From contig NMRA01000230.1 in the NCBI GenBank assembly GCA_002633005.1, positions 323,271 to 387,270 of the forward strand: a DNA stretch of 64,000 bases. The letters are read 5' to 3'. Positions 1 through 13,204 of this stretch are shown piece after piece (the first letter of the stretch is position 1; each line of letters opens with the position of its first letter). This DNA is from Phoronis australis. Lineage: Eukaryota > Animalia > Phoronida. The translations under genes were made by a program, and so were the position numbers. The notes beneath the pieces were generated by a model. It was given only the letters and a program-made list of their open reading frames with translations. It was not told where the DNA came from and made no database searches.

Positions 1-75
1 CGGACGGACGGACGGACGGACGGACAGAGATGACGGCATAATGCGTCCACATATAAATATGTGGGCGCATAAAAA
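1..75. mobile_element. End of a Helentron/HINE-like element: (CGGA)n plus terminal hairpin
   Basis: CGGA repeats at 1-25, 14-bp stem atgcgtccacatat/atatgtgggcgcat at 41-70, then an A-run. Confidence 0.55.
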
Positions 76-231
76 TGAACACAATGAAGACATGGCGGTG
101 TACCCCGATTCACGAAATGCAAGCACAGAGCCAACATAACTGAACAGCGAAAAAGAATTAGCTCAAAATGCCTGAAACGGCAAACAGCAGGTAATTAAGA
201 AATGCAAAGGGCGACTCCGTATCCATGTGAC

Positions 232-386
232 GGTGCTAGTGAAAAAAGGTTCGGTCCGTTTAATCAACTGAATCAATAGAAAATAGGAAGGAGTTCATCA
301 CCCAGAGACACTAGTGTGATAGAGATTCCTCACGATTACCTGAATGAAAGCCTTTGCACAGGTAAGACCCCTGTTTCACTAGCACC
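232..386. mobile_element. Short MITE-like element
   Basis: 13-bp inverted termini ggtgctagtgaaa / tttcactagcacc. Confidence 0.5.
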
Positions 387-1736
387 ACCTGGTAAGTATC
401 AAATTTCCCACTGACGCCAAGAAAAAAAATTTTTTTGATGTTCCAGACTACATAACCAGCCAGCCGTATGAACAATATCAAAATACAACCATGAACCAGC
501 GTGTATTAAGCTCTAATAGACCTTGAAATTTCACACCGACCGGATAGTTCTACTCCTCACGACGTGTAGAGTTAACGACCGGCTGGGGTGCATGCAAAAT
601 CTGCAAGTCAACTGACACTCACCTTGCCCGTAGCAACCGTTAAAGTGAAAAACAAACTAACGTCATTTTCTTGCGTAATTCTCCGGCTTTTGTAGCAAAG
701 AAAAGTCTATCGTCGTTTTGAAAACAGTAAGCTCGTGACACACACACGGGCCATTTCCTAAATTTTCATGATATCTCTCGAGAGATGATGGCAACTTAAC
801 GGCAACAACGTTTATTCTGAAACTCTGTTGGCTGATATCAAAACACAAAAAATATAATAATATGGAACCCGTGCAGATGAATTTTGGTAACATTTACGCA
901 TCCTTGTGGAAGACCAGTTGATTGAATGGCGCTGAAAATCGACGAAGATCGCTCCACAACATTAACCACAAGTTAATGGCAAAACATCTATTTTTCTAAC
1001 ACTGCAAAGTAATTCAGAGTTGTAGTTTTTAATAACATCAAGTCTGTGTCGGATTTTACTTGGCCAGTGTTTTACCCACATCGGTGCAAAGCTGTATATT
1101 TAGTACATAGCTTTGCACCAAGACTAGCGGTTGTCATGGCAATAGAATCACTCTAATTATGCCACACACTGAGAGGAGTCGAATAAGAAGTATGACAGAG
1201 CCACGCTGACCATAGGTCAAGTAGATTTGCGGTATAGGGCCATACATTTACAAAATGAGTGTCAACTATCGGACAGTCAGAGAAGATTGGAACAACATGG
1301 CTACTGGAACACCTACTGAATCTACTGCCGTAAATTTTCAGGAATTTTGGAAGAAATATAATACAAAAACTTTCCCTTTTCATTTCTCGTTGGCAACTAT
1401 CTTTGTCGCGAAGGCCTAATAATGACAGTTGTAATACTGAACTTGAACAGGGTAAAGCATAATTAGCTAATACATACCATGATTCAAAATAAATATTGGC
1501 AACAAAATTTCAGTTGAAAGCTGTGTTGTGTCATAAATTGAAATTTTCCCATGCAAAAATTGACTCATAAACCAAGAGGTACGCTCCATTCGAGAGAGCA
1601 AACACGATGCAGTCTGATTCAGCACAATGCAGCAAGACACAAAAGAATACGAATACTACCTGATAGTTAGTTAAACTAGAAACGAACAGAGAGTTGTTGT
1701 TAGTGTGGTAATAAAATAGTTTAGTCTAGAATGCAC

Positions 1737-2165
1737 CTGGGCCCAGGGTCTAATTTATGAACTGGAAATAGAACTTGAAATTCTTTTTGGCATTTTCTGT
1801 TCCCCTTTTGCATGAACTAAAGATAAGACTATGCTCAACTACATAATGGCTTCAGTGGATAACAGTCTAATCCAAGCTTGCATTTGGTGACCCCAGCAAA
1901 AAGTTTAAGTCAGGCATTTTGAAATTTTACTCAAAATCTCAAGTTTTTCTCAATTTTGTAGCTCGAATATAGGGATCATCAAGAAGGAGCTTGAACTAGA
2001 AATTCATTTGCATAAACCATTTGCATAAACCATTTGCATAAACCATTTGCATAAACCATTTGATCAGACACTTATCTCGAGTTCGCACAAAAGTAGAACA
2101 AAACACGCCAAACATAATTTTTTTCCAGTTCGATTTCGAGTAGAAAGACTAGACCCCAGTCCCTG
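1737..2165. mobile_element. Long-TIR MITE, degenerate copy (same family as 63214-63610, opposite orientation)
   Basis: Imperfect ~90-bp TIRs; internal (gcataaaccattt)x4 at ~2010-2061; interior matches the reverse complement of the 63.2-kb copy. Confidence 0.7.
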
Positions 2166-2541
2166 TTCTGAGATGGCTACAGGATCAGAATGAGTTACAC
2201 AAAGTCATGAAGCAGAGGTTGAAAATGAGGTCACAGTATAATGTGCTGTGTGAAATGTTCATTGGCCAGTAGGAAATCAAACAGAACATGTTAGAAAATT
2301 ATGAATTACGTTATCAATTCTTTATCAAATTTTGTTTCAATCAAGTCATTTTCCTTTATTCGAAAAACCAGCAGCTAACCTCAGGCTACATTAACTACAA
2401 AACTTGCTGTTGCTGTCTTGACTACCCAATGGCAACTCCAACAAAATGTGTACAAGGTTTAGCAAATGTTGTCGACCAAAATGCAGCAATATTTGCCAGA
2501 CATGCTTTAGTAACTCGACATTCTGTAGTTAGTTTGCCTAC

Positions 2542-2601
2542 CGAATGCCCGGGTAACAGTGGGCAATAGTACAGGCTCCAGCGTAGTCTATACCGGTGTA
2601 A
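2542..2601 (-). CDS. Candidate 60-nt symmetric cassette exon of crumbs (YTGIDYAGACTIAHCYPGIR)
   Basis: ctttcactgttgtag acceptor, gtaggc donor, phase 2/2 matching exon 14, no stop codon. Confidence 0.5.
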
Positions 2602-4716
2602 CTACAACAGTGAAAGGGTGACAGGCCATTGGTTGATAGGCTGACAGCCATCCAATTGGGTGATGCAGGCAGTAGCCAATGGATGAGAGTAAACTGGGCA
2701 TTGGTTGACAACTGGCCAATCAGACTGGATGAAGCGGCCAAGGGACGAAAGAATAGGTGAATCATTGGTTGACAGTTAAACAATAGGAGCCAAGAGATGG
2801 CGCTGAAGACAGGCCATGAGGTTAGAGCAATTCAATCAAATACTGAAGCTATGGTCATTGGAAAACAGCCAACCAATGAGACAAGAGAATAGCCAATAGG
2901 GGGATATCAACCAATGGGTCCACACGCAAGTGGAATTAATACAAAGAAGAACTGTTCACTGACAGGCAGTCAACAGTATGAAAGGTTAATAACAGAAAAC
3001 TCAACTATGCCAAAATCATTCAAGCTACAAAAGCTTTAAATTTGACAAAAAAGATTCAAATACTATTGAAATACGTAAACTGGGTCCTGCACTCCATTTA
3101 CGATAAGGTTCCCATTATTACCAAATGTCAACTTTCTTCAATAAATACTAACTGTAGACGCATCAAACAAAATTAAAATCTTCGATGACTATCAAATTTG
3201 TTATATGCAAAAGAATAACAACCGAATAATCGTCATCATGTAACACTACATTTTATCTAAAAACTATGATTTTTCAGAGATCTTCGAAACTTCCACGAGA
3301 ATGAAACCGGCAAATACAGTTTCTTGTTTTTTTTTACGTACTGTTAACAAATAACTAGCACTTAAGCTAAAATGAGGACTTCCAACATCCCTTGAAAAAA
3401 ACAGAAGTCTTGATTTTTGACAGCCCAGCACTCCAGCTAAATGGCCTTACAAGAACATGGAAAATACATTTAATCTCCATACAAAATCACATTTCTAAAG
3501 AAAAAAGTTGCGATTACGAACAACTCGGAACAGCAGAGAATATGTAATCATCAGAGATTTTAAAACTATTAGTTTAGTTTTATGAGTCAACTTAAAATAC
3601 TTAAAAGTAATTTAGGTTCATCTTGTTAACTATGTAGCCTACAACCACAGCAAATAAATAAGGTTTCAAGTTTGTTACTGAAGAAAATGTGGAAAAACAT
3701 GAAAAAAAAACAACTTTGTACGTAACAAAAGTAACAAACTTAAGCGAGAACAAAAAACTGGTCGCTCTGCAACAGTGTGTGATGGTCAAACAATAATCAA
3801 CAACCAATGGATAGCTTCCTTTTTGTATATCCGGGGCCGAGTGTTGTACAGTTCAGCAGCTTGACCGTGGGTGACAGACACAAGTGGCATAAAGAGACAT
3901 CACGATGCTTTTTTTGAAGGTGTTTTTGGCCAGTTTGGTATACAGTGGAATTTGCGTAACTTGGGCCCTACTGGACCGAGAGATACCATCTGTGTAAGGT
4001 GAACTCCAACATATCTGAAGGTCCCCAAACTAGGATAATCATACTGTACAACTTGTGATGTAAAGTGTTGAAATGCCCCCAAAAATTGCACAGCAAACAG
4101 CGTATTTCTAGTGTGGTAATAATAAGTATAACTAATCTGGCCACCATATCAATGCTGAAAATCAACCAACGCTGGCATACCCAAGACATGAGTGTCACTG
4201 CCAAGATCCATTATAAATCTGTCAAGCTATTTTTACAATTACATGTACCAACAGACAAGCAATATTAATTAAAAAGTAAGAAGGCCCAACTGGGGGCAAA
4301 GTTTCATCATGATCCGTCTAATGAATTTTCAGACTAGACCAAAAGGAAAATCAAAGGCAATGATGGACGGCAGATGGGATGCCATGATGTGTACACACAA
4401 AAACACATTCTAAAAAGGTAAAATTCCAAGTTTCTTGCTGATTGTTGACTCCTTTTCTCCATCCCAATTCTGTCGTGCCTTCGCATAACCTGTTTCTCAA
4501 AAATGACCCGCTGACGTGGCTTCAAAACTTAGTGCAGCTCAATTTTTAAATTAAAATCGAAATTCTCAAATGCAGCCATTTCGTGTTATTTAGCCAAACG
4601 CTAAAATACATCAACAAGCAGTTTACGTCACTGACACGAGACCTATTTTTCAATTCTTCCACGAAACCGCGTGTACGCAACAGCCTCAACTAGGTACCTC
4701 TCCGCATCATACTTAC

Positions 4717-4915
4717 CGGTTGATCATGTCTATACACTGTCCCCCATTCAGGCATGGGTCCGACTGGCACTCGTCAATGTTTGTGGTGCAGTTCTTATCT
4801 CCCCACCCGGGGGCGCACGAGCAGTTGTAGTCGGCAATGAAGTCCGTACATGTGGCGCCATTCTGACATGGCTTGTAGCGCACGCATTCATCAATATCTT
4901 TCTGGCAGCGATCCC
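4717..4915 (-). CDS. crb: Crumbs exon 14 (EGF17-18); gene continues past the window start
   Basis: tag/gtaagt, 199 nt, phase 1/2; ends mid-EGF at CIDMINR. Confidence 0.92.
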
Positions 4916-5675
4916 CTACAGAAGCATAATAATAATAAAAATAGGAAACTGAATGAAAGACCGCACATGCTTTTGGAAATCCAAAACTCAGGGCTGCAAT
5001 CCTCAAACAGTTGCCCGGATTGTCACAAATGCAATTAGAAATGAATTGTTTGTGAAGTTATAAGTTAAACAAAAAAGCTTAAGAGCTAAGAAATAACATA
5101 AAAATTTGAAGATAAAAACTCGGCTGTTATGTCGTGGTTGGAAGATGTATCCACTAATTGAAATGAAGTTGAGTCAATTGTGAAGAACTGATTGTAGAAT
5201 TCACAGAGAGGCAATTATACATGTTTTGTTGAAACAGGCCGAATGAAATGGGACTATGCTTCAGTTTAAAATCGATTTGCGGTTTCGCCTTGCCAACTTG
5301 ACAGTCTATGACTGGGGAACCAAGCTCAACCACAGACTTAAAGTTGATCAATGCTAAAGTCCTCTGTTCAATTTTCAGTTCCCCACGGGACATTATATAA
5401 TTATATACCTTTGTGATTAATTAAGGAGTAATTGCATGTATTCACAATTAAGACATAATAATAGTTAACTCGAGTACAATAGCAGAATGGTAGCAATGTT
5501 CCTTTCTGGCCATCCATCAAAGAGACTGAAAGTCGATTAAAAATATTAATAAAATGCTTTATGCAGTTGTTATTCGGACATGTGAAAATATTACGTGTTT
5601 ACTAAATGTGAAAAGCACTGGCAGAATGGATAGATCTGTTTGCTAACTTCAACAATAGTGACATTGATGACGATA

Positions 5676-6424
5676 ATGAGAGTGACGATGAGGGTGACGA
5701 TGAGGGTGACGATGAGGGTGACGATGAGGGTGACGANGAGTGATGATGAGAGTGATGATGAGAGTGATGATGAGAGTGATGATGAGAGTGATGATGAGAG
5801 TGATGATGAGAGTGATGATGAGAGTGATGATGAGAGTGATGATGAGAGTGATGATGAGAGTGATGATGAGAGTGATGATGAGAGTGATGATGAGAGTGAT
5901 GATGAGAGTGATGATGAGAGTGATGATGAGAGTGATGATGAGAGTGATGATGAGAGTGATGATGAGAGTGATGATGAGAGTGATGATGAGAGTGATGATG
6001 AGAGTGATGATGAGAGTGATGATGAGAGTGATGATGAGAGTGATGATGAGAGTGATGATGAGAGTGATGATGAGAGTGATGATGAGAGTGATGATGAGAG
6101 TGATGATGAGAGTGATGATGAGAGTGATGATGAGAGTGATGATGAGAGTGATGATGAGAGTGATGATGAGAGTGATGATGAGAGTGATGATGAGAGTGAT
6201 GATGAGAGTGATGATGAGAGTGATGATGAGAGTGATGATGAGAGTGATGATGAGAGTGATGATGAGAGTGATGATGAGAGTGATGATGAGAGTGATGATG
6301 AGAGTGATGATGAGAGTGATGATGAGAGTGATGATGAGAGTGATGATGAGAGTGATGATGAGAGTGATGATGAGAGTGATGATGAGAGTGATGATGAGAG
6401 TGATGATGAGAGTGATGATGATGA
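5676..6424. repeat. 12-bp tandem repeat (GATGAGAGTGAT)n, about 60 copies, in crumbs intron 13
   Basis: Directly visible; variant units gacgatgagggt lie left of a single N at 5738. Confidence 0.98.
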
Positions 6425-7013
6425 CGAGACGTCAGCTTTGTGCAGAAGTAAACCAACAGAAGTGCACAGTGTATGCAGCCATTAAATTCTAAAGAACATT
6501 TATCAGAAAATCTCAAATAGTTTGAGAACGGCAGATGATAGTAAAACACAGGTGGCACACTGCACATGGCAATTCCATGAGATCTATCCACAGACCAAAT
6601 TTCAGAAAGATCCCTCAAAGGCAATGGAGATACATGGCTTCGCAAAGTGAAAAAAGGCTGCCACAACGCCATCTTGCATCTAATTTCAACCTACAATAGA
6701 ACTTGAGACACGTAGAGTCCAAATTCCGTGTTGGTTGGACAAAAATATGCCCTTTATCATGTGAGCAAAGCAACAAAAAAAAAAAGAAAATATGACACAG
6801 CTACAGGCTTGGTGAAAAAATGTCAAGTAAAGACTGAGACTGATTTAAAACAGCAAGTGTCCTGAATCAGAAGTTGGTTTACTACACCTTTAAGATTTTG
6901 ATCATTCAATTGCTATAATGTGCTTGCAGGAGTACATAAATTCTCTAAAAACTCTTTGAATAAATATCATTAACGCCAAAATAAATGCTGAAAGTGTTAC
7001 AATAATTTCTTAC

Positions 7014-7139
7014 CTTCCCAGCCGGGAGTGCAGTTACAGGTGAAATTGTTAGGCCCATTTACACAAGTGGCACCATTCTGACACTTGTCAGCGTCATCAG
7101 CAATTTGGCATTGACTGACTAAGAACTGACAATTGGAAC
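7014..7139 (-). CDS. crb: Crumbs exon 13 (EGF16: CQIADDADKCQNGATCVNGPNNFTCNC)
   Basis: tag/gtaaga, 126 nt, phase 1/1. Absent from the ORF track. Confidence 0.92.
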
Positions 7140-8833
7140 CTAAGGAAGAGACAGGAAAACACATAGATCACTATCTGTACGAACTCATACAGACAACAAA
7201 GAGTTTCTAACGAGGTCACAAAAACGTCACAGACATACGTCCAGGAACAAGAGCAATGCAGAGTCTTGATATGACGTTCACCGTGTGCATCGTAGACGCC
7301 AAAGATGGAACACAGAGGATGTGCCTTTATGCCAAATGTGGCAATCGATGAGTTGGGTACTTGCCCATTCTTGGTCTAGTTAATCCTAAATTTCATGGGA
7401 AACGAAGGCAGTTTTACTATTTCAGTCAGTTTTTTAGAATTGCATTATGAGGTGAATATAGATATAACTTAAGCGTGGGTGGACTATTATTAGGAAAGTT
7501 TCAGGATAAGGTGCGAATTATGACATCATACAATAAGACAGGTATTCACTAGCAAGATTACTCTGGATTTCAGGCGGGAAAACACTATCAACAGTTAACA
7601 AAGGGTTTTGACTGAAATCCATATGCCTAGTCTCACATCTGACATTTCAAATTCAGAAGCTGAATCAGAATCATTTTGAATTTGCGTCAGTTAAACCTCC
7701 ATAACGGACAGCTTACAGCCCTTGTATCAATCGCAATTCAACTAGTAAGCAATTTACCAGTTTTCAAAATGTGAAAAAAGCTGTTTTCTTGTCGTCTGCA
7801 TATGTTGTTCAAATGTAGTCATTTCCAATGGAATTTTAATTTTAAAAGGATTAATTAGGTAAAGAATGAGAAAGTGCCCAACTCGCCGATTGGCGTGTTT
7901 GTCAATGACTGGGTAACTCGCCGAAAGGTGCAGGTAGCAGTTAAAAATTGACATTATCAGATGACAATTTAAGCAAAATTCCAAATGAAGGTTAAGTTTT
8001 TCAATTGTTTCACATTTCATTAAAAATTTCCGCTGTTCACTTACTGGAGTGTCCAGCTGCAATTTATTCAGTGGGCTCTGAACTGCCTAAAGAGGATTAA
8101 CTGACTAAAATTCAATACCATTCAGATTCATGATCGGAGTTTGAAATGTCAGAGATGAGACAAGGTATGTACTGGGGACGGATGCGTTTATATTTCAGTT
8201 AATACCCTTCATCGACTGCCGACGCTGTTTTAAGCCTGAAATTTTTAACACACTACCTGCCTAAGAAATGCAGTTGCTTAAAATCTTTGCACTGAAAATG
8301 TTAATTCTTTCCACTAGAGGGAGCAAACTAGGCGACACAAAGCAAGTTGTCAAAAATCAGGGGGTAATACTCTTATTAAGGAATCATGACTGCTGATTCA
8401 TGAATATCAGTAATGCAGTGCGGTAGAAATCAAGCTGTGCTCATTTCAATAGCAGCCTATCTAATAAACTGTCACAGACATTAGACAGATGGAGAAGGAG
8501 TAATGCGCTACAGCACGCACACGTGCAGAGATGTATATGTGGGTGCATAAAAAGAACAATAGTATATATAGCCTTGAACATTATATAAATGGCCAGTAAC
8601 AGAAGATGAGGGATAAATAGACACCATAGCTTCAACACAAACCAGGCTTCTCATACATTTGTGACAAGGGTAGAAATGGTAAGTCGATGCTAATCAAAAA
8701 GTTTTTAGTTTTGGTCCAGTCAACCAAAATGAAACTAGATTTTCAGTTCATGACCATCGTTGACGATTTTAGAAATGAAAAATTTCCATCACAAAATGAA
8801 ATTATAACAGTAAAATCCAGCATAGGTGCTTAC

Positions 8834-9133
8834 CGAAAGCATCAACAGAGTCCCGTTCAAAGTGGTAACAGGAACACAAATAAGAGCCCGGAGTGTTTGC
8901 ACAATAGCCATATATGCACACTTTGTTGTCGCACTCATTCATATCCTGTTCACAAAGGGTGCCAGTCCAGCCCGTGGGGTAGATAGATGACGCGTTACCC
9001 CACTTCCTCAAGTCAATCACCCCTGTGTTGCAGTTACAAGTGAAGTTACCCACGCCATCGATACAATCGCCACGCTTACACGGGTTGGAGGCACATTCGT
9101 CAATATTCACGCTACAGTTGATACCTTCAAAGC
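8834..9133 (-). CDS. crb: Crumbs exon 12 (EGF14-15, with loop insertion)
   Basis: cag/gtaagc, 300 nt, phase 1/1. Confidence 0.9.
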
Positions 9134-9681
9134 CTGGAACAGAGCCAAAATATCAACCATTTGTATGAAGTTATTTGAACAACACATGCTATTCTAATAA
9201 GAATTCATACTTTCAATATTAATCATTTTGTTTGTTTTTCAGTTGAAAACTGGGCCTTTCCACTAGATTTATTGACAAACATTTCTTTAATTTCCTGCAA
9301 AACATAACACACAATTTAGGTAAGGTTCACTTAAGAAGGCATAAGTTTTGTGCTTCACAAATACAAGAACATTAACCAGTTATGCCACGCAACTGCACAA
9401 GCAACACACATGAACCAAACAGAACATCTGATGTGTTTCAATCTTGGAAATGCGGAGTCAAACCAAGTCCTGGGAAAATGTTTGGCAAAATTAAGAACTT
9501 TTGTCAAGGAAAATGAGCATTCAAATGACACCAAACTATGCTGATAAGCAAATCTCACGAGCATGACAATTGAGTAAACAATTTTCCTCTGAAAAAGTGC
9601 ATTGTTTTGGATATATGTGCGTGGGCCTAAGTACGTGTAAGGAACGAGTTTGACATGTGACCGTATGACAGCCATGAATTT

Positions 9682-9856
9682 TCAATAGGTAAATCAGTTA
9701 CTAAAAATCAGCTCGAGTCAAGACGTTTAAGCCCTCTCTCCTTGAACTGACAAAATTAAATGCCTGGTTTTAGAATTAGGTCGGGAGTTGAAGAGAGGGT
9801 GGAAACGTTTGACTAACCAGACTCACAATGCTTTTCAAAATGATCTACCTATTGAA
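9682..9856. mobile_element. MITE-like element
   Basis: Inverted termini tcaataggtaaatca / tgatctacctattga. Confidence 0.5.
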
Positions 9857-10072
9857 CATCATATCCGAAAGCAACGAAAGACCTATTCCACCGAGCCAAG
9901 CATTTGATGGACAGACGAGGCTACCAACACATTAACTGAGGCTACTACCAGCTAACGACAATACATCCATCTATCTCCCGCAGTCGACAGTTAGATTGCC
10001 GACTTCATCTACAGGACATTTTACACTGTACTTACTGACCAAGTCAGAACACTGGTGACTTGCCATACTCAC

Positions 10073-10411
10073 CAATGGGGCACTTGCATGTGTAGTTATT
10101 AACCAGGTCATAACACTGTTGACCTGTCGGACACACGACTCCCACACAGTCGTCTATATCTGTCTCACAGGTGGCGCCGGTATACCCCGCCACACAGTCA
10201 CACGTATAGTTATGCGAGGGTCGAGTGGTGCGACACGTGCCCCCATTCTGGCAAGGTGTGAAAGAGCAAGCGTCGTATACCAACGAACAGTTGTCACCCA
10301 TCCAGTCGGGCGTGCAAGAACACGTATACATGTCGACACCATCCGTACAAGTACCCCCGTTGAGACAGGATGTGTTGGTACAATCGTCAATGTTGTGCTC
10401 ACACTTCACAC
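10073..10411 (-). CDS. crb: Crumbs exon 11 (EGF11-13)
   Basis: cag/gtgagt, 339 nt, phase 1/1; three EGF repeats. Confidence 0.93.
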
Positions 10412-11405
10412 CTGAAATGCAATAATAACCATTTGCTAATGTCTGCCAACGTAATGACATACTTTTATCACTAGATGGCGATAGAGCATTTGGTGGACTA
10501 CTTATTCAGCCCATCAGGGTGGTTGAACAGCACATTCACACATTCTTAATGTCATGTCTTCAAATAACCATCGTTGTGGAATACGTACAGGATTCCCATT
10601 AAATCTGCAACATCAATGAATTCTGTGATTTTTTGTCCGGTCAGATAGAAAATAATTGACTCGAAACGTCCGATGTCTAAAAACTCTGAGAATGAAAGAA
10701 ATAGCCTAACATAACGGTTTTTGTCAGCTACCTCCAGATTTTGAAAATGTGTCAAGCAAGAATCACTTTCCAACTCCCTCAATGCTAAGGAGTCATATCA
10801 TATTTGATGGTTGTTGTTAGGAACAGATCATGAGCACTTCAATATCAGTTGGAGATAGATTATAGATACACTTTTGGATTCCTTTTACAGTTAAAAACTT
10901 CACAAAAGAAAATTGCTTGCAAATCAATCTCATTAAAACTTAGTCCAATGATCATACTTATCCAACACACCATCAAATGCTTTCGGGTTAACCAAAAGTA
11001 AATTAACAATTTTTAAAATAATTTTTTCAAATTTCTGGCAGTGTGCCAACAAAATGGCTGCCACAACAGAGCAGTATTAAACTTCAGTTTTTTGGGAATT
11101 GCTAGTAAAAAAATGCACGTGATCATACTTTAGTGGTGCACCTTATATTGATGAAACTCATTCTATATTACACACTGAGATGAAAATGAAGGAAGTTTGT
11201 CTTCAAAAACAGACTTCAATGATTGACGCTCGGCAGCTTCAAACCTGGGAAGCTAGATACTATAGTCATTGCTGAGAGCGACATGTCCAAGAATTTCACA
11301 GAGTTAGCTTACTATACAATATCTCACATGAACTGTTCTTAGTAAAAACTAATTTCATTACAGTATTACTATCGACAAACTACCATCACCTGTAATCAGA
11401 CTTAC

Positions 11406-11562
11406 CTGTGAAACCAGCAAGACAGTCGCACTTAAATGAGCCCCTGCTGTTGGTGCAAGAAGCTCCATGCTGACACCAGCCAGAGATCTTGCACTCATCA
11501 ATGTCCACGTTACAGAGCGTCCCCTCCCAGCCGGAAGTGCAGTTACACATATAGCTATTGAT
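11406..11562 (-). CDS. crb: Crumbs exon 10 (EGF9-10)
   Basis: cag/gtaagt, 157 nt, phase 0/1; INSYMCNC...DIDECKISGWCQHGASC. Confidence 0.92.
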
Positions 11563-12508
11563 CTGTACCAGATGACAAATAATATATATTATTATAGCGG
11601 GACAAGCTGTTGTCCGTTAGAGCAAGTCACTGTTTGAATTCTAATGTCCACTATGACGTCTAATTTAAGGTATTTATTGCCCATACCCATGCTCTAAAGA
11701 CCTTGTGGTTTAAGTCAGTCTCTTATCAGAGTTTGTGAAATGTGGCTGTATCGTTGATATACGTGCAATATATGTTTAAACTCCAGTCACTGATCTTATC
11801 ATTTACTTGTGAACAGCGAACCCGTAACATTATAATCAACTAAGACTCACGCAAGGAAAATTAACACCATTTCATTCCTTTCATCAAGATTTCCACAAAC
11901 CTGTCACGTGCTACCCACCCAGGGCCTGTTCTATAATGCGAAAGGTAGTAAGATTGCTTTAACACATGGAGATATCTCATGAAGGTCTCTGCCTTTTTTT
12001 GCGGAACGCGGCACTAATCTTTCATGTTTACATGGAAACGGACTGCCATGAGTGTGCTAGTTTACTGACGGGAAAATATCGCCACTATTTATGAGAAATG
12101 ACAACTCCCCTTATTTCGAAACTTAAACTATTTCTTTTGACAAATGCAAAATCAAAATGTAAAGTCAAAATCCAAACCAGTCGAGGGGTAGAGTTAGGAT
12201 GTGAAGTGTCAGGGGGCATGCCCAAAAACAAACGCACCACCTGCACCATCACTGTGAGTACAACCCCCCTATTGGCAAAATCCTGCCTCTGAAAATAATA
12301 TTCACCATGGCGACACACGTGTCCCAACATAACAGCCCCGGAATGTACAATTTTGGTTCATTTCTATGCAAAACAATGCACAAGACACAGTCATTGGCTC
12401 ATAACAATTGTCTCGTGAACAAAAATAATAGACCAGTCAACTGTAACGTGTACATAGGACAGTACAAAGAACACCAGTGAGAAGCTAATATTGATCGCTT
12501 GTCCATAC

Positions 12509-12635
12509 CTTATCAACACATGTGGCGTTATTCTGGCATGGGTTTGAAGCGCATTCGTTAATGTTAGTCGAACAATTACGGTCCGAGAAACCAGGAAGAC
12601 AGTCACAGCGGTAGTCCTGAACTAGGTCCACGCAC
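12509..12635 (-). CDS. crb: Crumbs exon 9 (EGF8-9)
   Basis: cag/gtatgg, 127 nt, phase 2/0; CVDLVQDYRCDC...NINECASNPCQNNATCVDK. Confidence 0.92.
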
Positions 12636-13204
12636 CTGAAAACATGGGAGACAATTCATGAAAGAGTAGTCTGAGCTGAGATGACAAATGAATTACACGG
12701 CTTCTCATACAATGTCATGACTGTGTAATTACTCATCTTCCCACAGAGCTATACTTTCATTAGCAATCTGACTTTCAATTTCCCCGACATGACGCAGAGT
12801 AGTGCACGTGACAAGTCGTCATGTAGGGACAGTGGGTGGTTTTGTTCGCTGATTAGAGGGATGTACTACAAGACCTTGATGACAGCATGGTTGGTCGTCA
12901 GTCATCAACAAACATCATTTAGTTGCAGGGAACCTCCTAATGCAAGACCCTAGCCTCAATCTATCAACCAATCACATGGCTTACACAGCATAGCACCGTG
13001 ACGACATATTGCAGCATCCTGATAATGCTGTACACTGGCCTATGCACAACATTGCGTTCTGACACAGCCTTGGGTGTCCACCATAACATGTAACTTTTAA
13101 CCAATCTATCTTACAACTGAGTGATAGAGTCATCGATGCCCACTTAAGTCTCAGTGCATAGCATCCCATCTTAACATCACGGTCTTCAAGTAAACACACA
13201 TCCT

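Noticed and set aside
5602-6672. Long poly-His/Ser, poly-acidic and MMRV ORFs
   Set aside because: By-products of a stop-free 12-bp tandem repeat inside a crumbs intron; no splice or start context.
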